Below are positions 45,076 to 47,085 of a DNA stretch of 47,085 nt, piece by piece. The stretch is from sequence record SRR31156797_7717. One strand, 5' to 3'. Under the pieces are notes generated by a model. That model was not told the DNA's origin. It searched no databases and was given only the letters and a program-made list of their open reading frames with translations. The first letter of the stretch is position 1; each line of letters opens with the position of its first letter. Made by a program: the position numbers and the translations under genes.

Positions 45076-46102
45076 CGTTGCTCCGGAAGTAATTTTTGAT
45101 GCGGGTGAAGAATCCGTTTTCAATTTCAAATCCGTCCGTTGTCCTGCTTACATCTACAGGTTGTCCGGGCTTGAACAGCAAGGCTTTGTCGGCTAACGGA
45201 ACAGCTTCGAGCATGAAGACCAGTTTGGCACGGCTCTGGCTAGAGTAGATGACCGGGGGCGTGTATTCAGCCTGTGGAGAAATATAGCTCAGGGTTATCG
45301 GGATCGGTTGTGCCAGCCCGTCAAAATTGACCAGCAGTTTTTCGCCGACTTTGAAGCCTCCAACAATTTGCTCCGGCACGTAAAAGCGGATCTTGCGGTT
45401 TTCAGGTGGCAGGATGGATATTACCGGCTTTCCAGCTGCTACCCATTCGCCTAGGTAGCGGATGGTATCGAATACTAGCCCCGAGCGGGGGGCGGATTGT
45501 GCTTTCTGGTCATAATTCCAGCGGGCTTGTTCGAGTTTGGCTTGTGCTGCTCTTACCGAAGATTCTGCTGCACTGATTTCATCGCTACGAGAACCGAGGG
45601 TTGCTGTTTTGAGTTCGGATTTGATCTCCTTCACCAGTTGAATGGCCTGTTCGTAATCAGTGCGGGCTTGGTCCCGTTCTTCTTCGGAGATAGTTCTGGA
45701 ACTGTAAAGGTCAGCCCTGCGTTTGTATTCTGTTGCCGCAAGTTTTTCTGCTGCCACGGCTTTTCTAAGTCTGGCTTTGATGGAGGCTATTTCAGAAGGT
45801 CTTCTTCCTTTACGTTTGTCTGCAAGGTCGCTGATAATTTTATCCAGATTTTCTTCTGCTTCATCTACTCCCGCCTTTTCAAATTCTCGTTCAAGGGTGA
45901 AAAGAGGCTGTCCGGCAACAACGGTCTGCCCTTTGCGCACGCTTACTTCGTCCAGTTGTCCACCAAGCGGTGAGGATACATATATGAATTCTCCTTCTAC
46001 GTAGCCCTGCCAAAGTCTGGATTCTGTCTCATTGCATCCGCAGATCAGGGTGGAGAGCAGTATTGCCACTATGGTATATGAGAATTTTAGGCTGGATTTC
46101 AT
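45068..46102 (-). CDS. HlyD family efflux membrane-fusion protein (YbhG-like)
   Basis: Lipobox-like ICGC; GYVEGE, coiled coil, ISPQAEYTPP, PGQPVDV. Confidence 0.9.
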   Translation of the reverse strand: MKSSLKFSYTIVAILLSTLICGCNETESRLWQGYVEGEFIYVSSPLGGQLDEVSVRKGQTVVAGQPLFTLEREFEKAGVDEAEENLDKIISDLADKRKGRRPSEIASIKARLRKAVAAEKLAATEYKRRADLYSSRTISEEERDQARTDYEQAIQLVKEIKSELKTATLGSRSDEISAAESSVRAAQAKLEQARWNYDQKAQSAPRSGLVFDTIRYLGEWVAAGKPVISILPPENRKIRFYVPEQIVGGFKVGEKLLVNFDGLAQPIPITLSYISPQAEYTPPVIYSSQSRAKLVFMLEAVPLADKALLFKPGQPVDVSRTTDGFEIENGFFTRIKNYFRSNDV

Positions 46103-46104
46103 AG

Positions 46105-46707
46105 TCAGTTCTCCTTTTTTACGGCAACGGCATCTTCAAATAGTTTTAGGTTGCGGCTGACCTGTTTACGGGGATCGAATTCCCCGCTTGAAATATGAAA
46201 CAAAAAGGATGGAGGAACTACGGTCCCAAGCAGCATGAAAGCGACATCTTCCGGGTCGATTTCTTTACGTATCTGGCCCAGCTTCTGTCCTTTGGCTGCG
46301 ATTTCAGCGGCTGCAGCGCGATATTCAGTGAGTAGGGAATAGAGAGCTTTGCGGCGGATGGAATTCTTTTCCAGTGCAGCTTCGGAAAAGAGCAGGCGCG
46401 GGATGCCCGGATGCTTGTGCAGCAGGTCCGCGTGGCGCAGGGCTAGTTGTTTTAGCACATCAAGCGGTGTCTCGCCCTCATCCATAGCTGTTTGGGCGTT
46501 GTCGATGAGTTTCTTGCGGATCAGTTCCCGCACACCATCGAAAATTGCGTCTTTATTTTTGTAATGACGGTAAAGGGCTGCAGGTACAATGCCGCAAGCC
46601 TTGGCAACATTGCTCACCGTAATGGCGGAAACCCCCTTAGCAGCAAGTTTGAGGGCTTCTTCAGCGATCTGTTCGCGTCTGGATAGGCTGTCCATTCTTT
46701 TGCTCAA
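46105..46707 (-). CDS. TetR/AcrR family regulator
   Basis: GGAG RBS before TTG 46707; ITVSNVAKACGI..AALYRHYKNK HTH. Confidence 0.9.
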   Translation of the reverse strand: MSKRMDSLSRREQIAEEALKLAAKGVSAITVSNVAKACGIVPAALYRHYKNKDAIFDGVRELIRKKLIDNAQTAMDEGETPLDVLKQLALRHADLLHKHPGIPRLLFSEAALEKNSIRRKALYSLLTEYRAAAAEIAAKGQKLGQIRKEIDPEDVAFMLLGTVVPPSFLFHISSGEFDPRKQVSRNLKLFEDAVAVKKEN

Positions 46708-46724
46708 TTTGGTTCTCCAAGTTT

Positions 46725-46768
46725 GTGAATGTGAATTCACTTTAACTTTATAAAAAAGATTACGTCAA
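46725..46768 (-). promoter_or_regulatory. Promoter and TetR-type operator
   Basis: Palindrome GTGAAT-GTGA-ATTCAC (46725-46740); minus strand TTGACG-N18-TAAAGT abutting it. Confidence 0.7.
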
Positions 46769-46777
46769 TGGAAAAAC

Positions 46778-46819
46778 AAAAATCCCTCCCACCGAATCAA
46801 ATCGGAGGGAGGGATTTTT
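46778..46819 (-). terminator. Intrinsic terminator
   Basis: AAAAATCCCTCCC...GGGAGGGATTTTT. Confidence 0.8.
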
Positions 46820-46841
46820 AATTACTTATATGCTGATTCGA

Positions 46842-47085
46842 TTAGTTCGAAACAGGCTTACCCAGGAATCTTACTGTTGCCAGTACAGCAAGGACTCCGA
46901 TGGGCAGTACCATCAGTACGGGCATTCCAAGTCCTGCGGGGATGTAACCGAACAGGATGGAGATGATAGCTACCGGGATCGCGTAGAACAGCTGTGTTCT
47001 GGTGTGGTCGATGTGGTCACATGCGGAACCCATGGAGGACAGGATTGTGGTGTCCGAGATGGGGGAGCAGTGGTCGCCGAAGATG
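46842..47085 (-). CDS. Na+/H+ antiporter NhaC family protein, 3' end (truncated by window)
   Basis: Frame reads [35 protein letters not shown]. Confidence 0.9.
   Translation of the reverse strand, partial: IFGDHCSPISDTTILSSMGSACDHIDHTRTQLFYAIPVAIISILFGYIPAGLGMPVLMVLPIGVLAVLATVRFLGKPVSN

Noticed and set aside
1-47085. CRISPR array, tRNA, rRNA or known riboswitch
   Set aside because: No repeat-spacer periodicity or recognisable RNA-gene motifs seen by eye; an Infernal/tRNAscan run would be needed to exclude them fully.

Overview
Bacterial chromosomal window, most likely a sulfate-reducing Desulfovibrionaceae (Maridesulfovibrio-like); this is inferred from gene content and from CCGCCGGAGGC-type intergenic repeats. 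All family calls come from motifs recognised by eye; no searches were run. The window holds an orphan CII-like gene and an 11.4-kb, eight-gene cell-envelope cluster (1048-12459: CsgG/FlgT/LPP20-like proteins, TPR-SLH lipoprotein, AsmA-like protein, TPR-SpoIID). Next is a minus-strand DUF169-TauE-membrane protein-PhnD-like binding protein-histidine kinase-degenerate PEP-synthase-like cluster with Rex-like boxes. Further on are MarR-YciI-metallo-hydrolase, cstA, hpnA, two chemoreceptors, a Zn dehydrogenase, FecR-TPR and rhodanese-TauE. A terminator-bounded podovirus-like packaging operon follows (34658-40731: 3TM holin, TerS-like, TerL, GNAT-like, two small virion-type proteins, an unlisted 38-aa Com-like Zn finger, portal); it has no capsid, tail, replication or integrase genes. 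The window ends with a dual-OB-like gene, a Ni/Co-type periplasmic pair, a TetR-HlyD-ABC efflux operon and a partial NhaC-family gene. The two best candidates for an undescribed system are the packaging operon (possible module of a split gene transfer agent) and the envelope cluster (possible peptidoglycan-anchored ring scaffold). No rRNA, tRNA, CRISPR array or transposase was seen.
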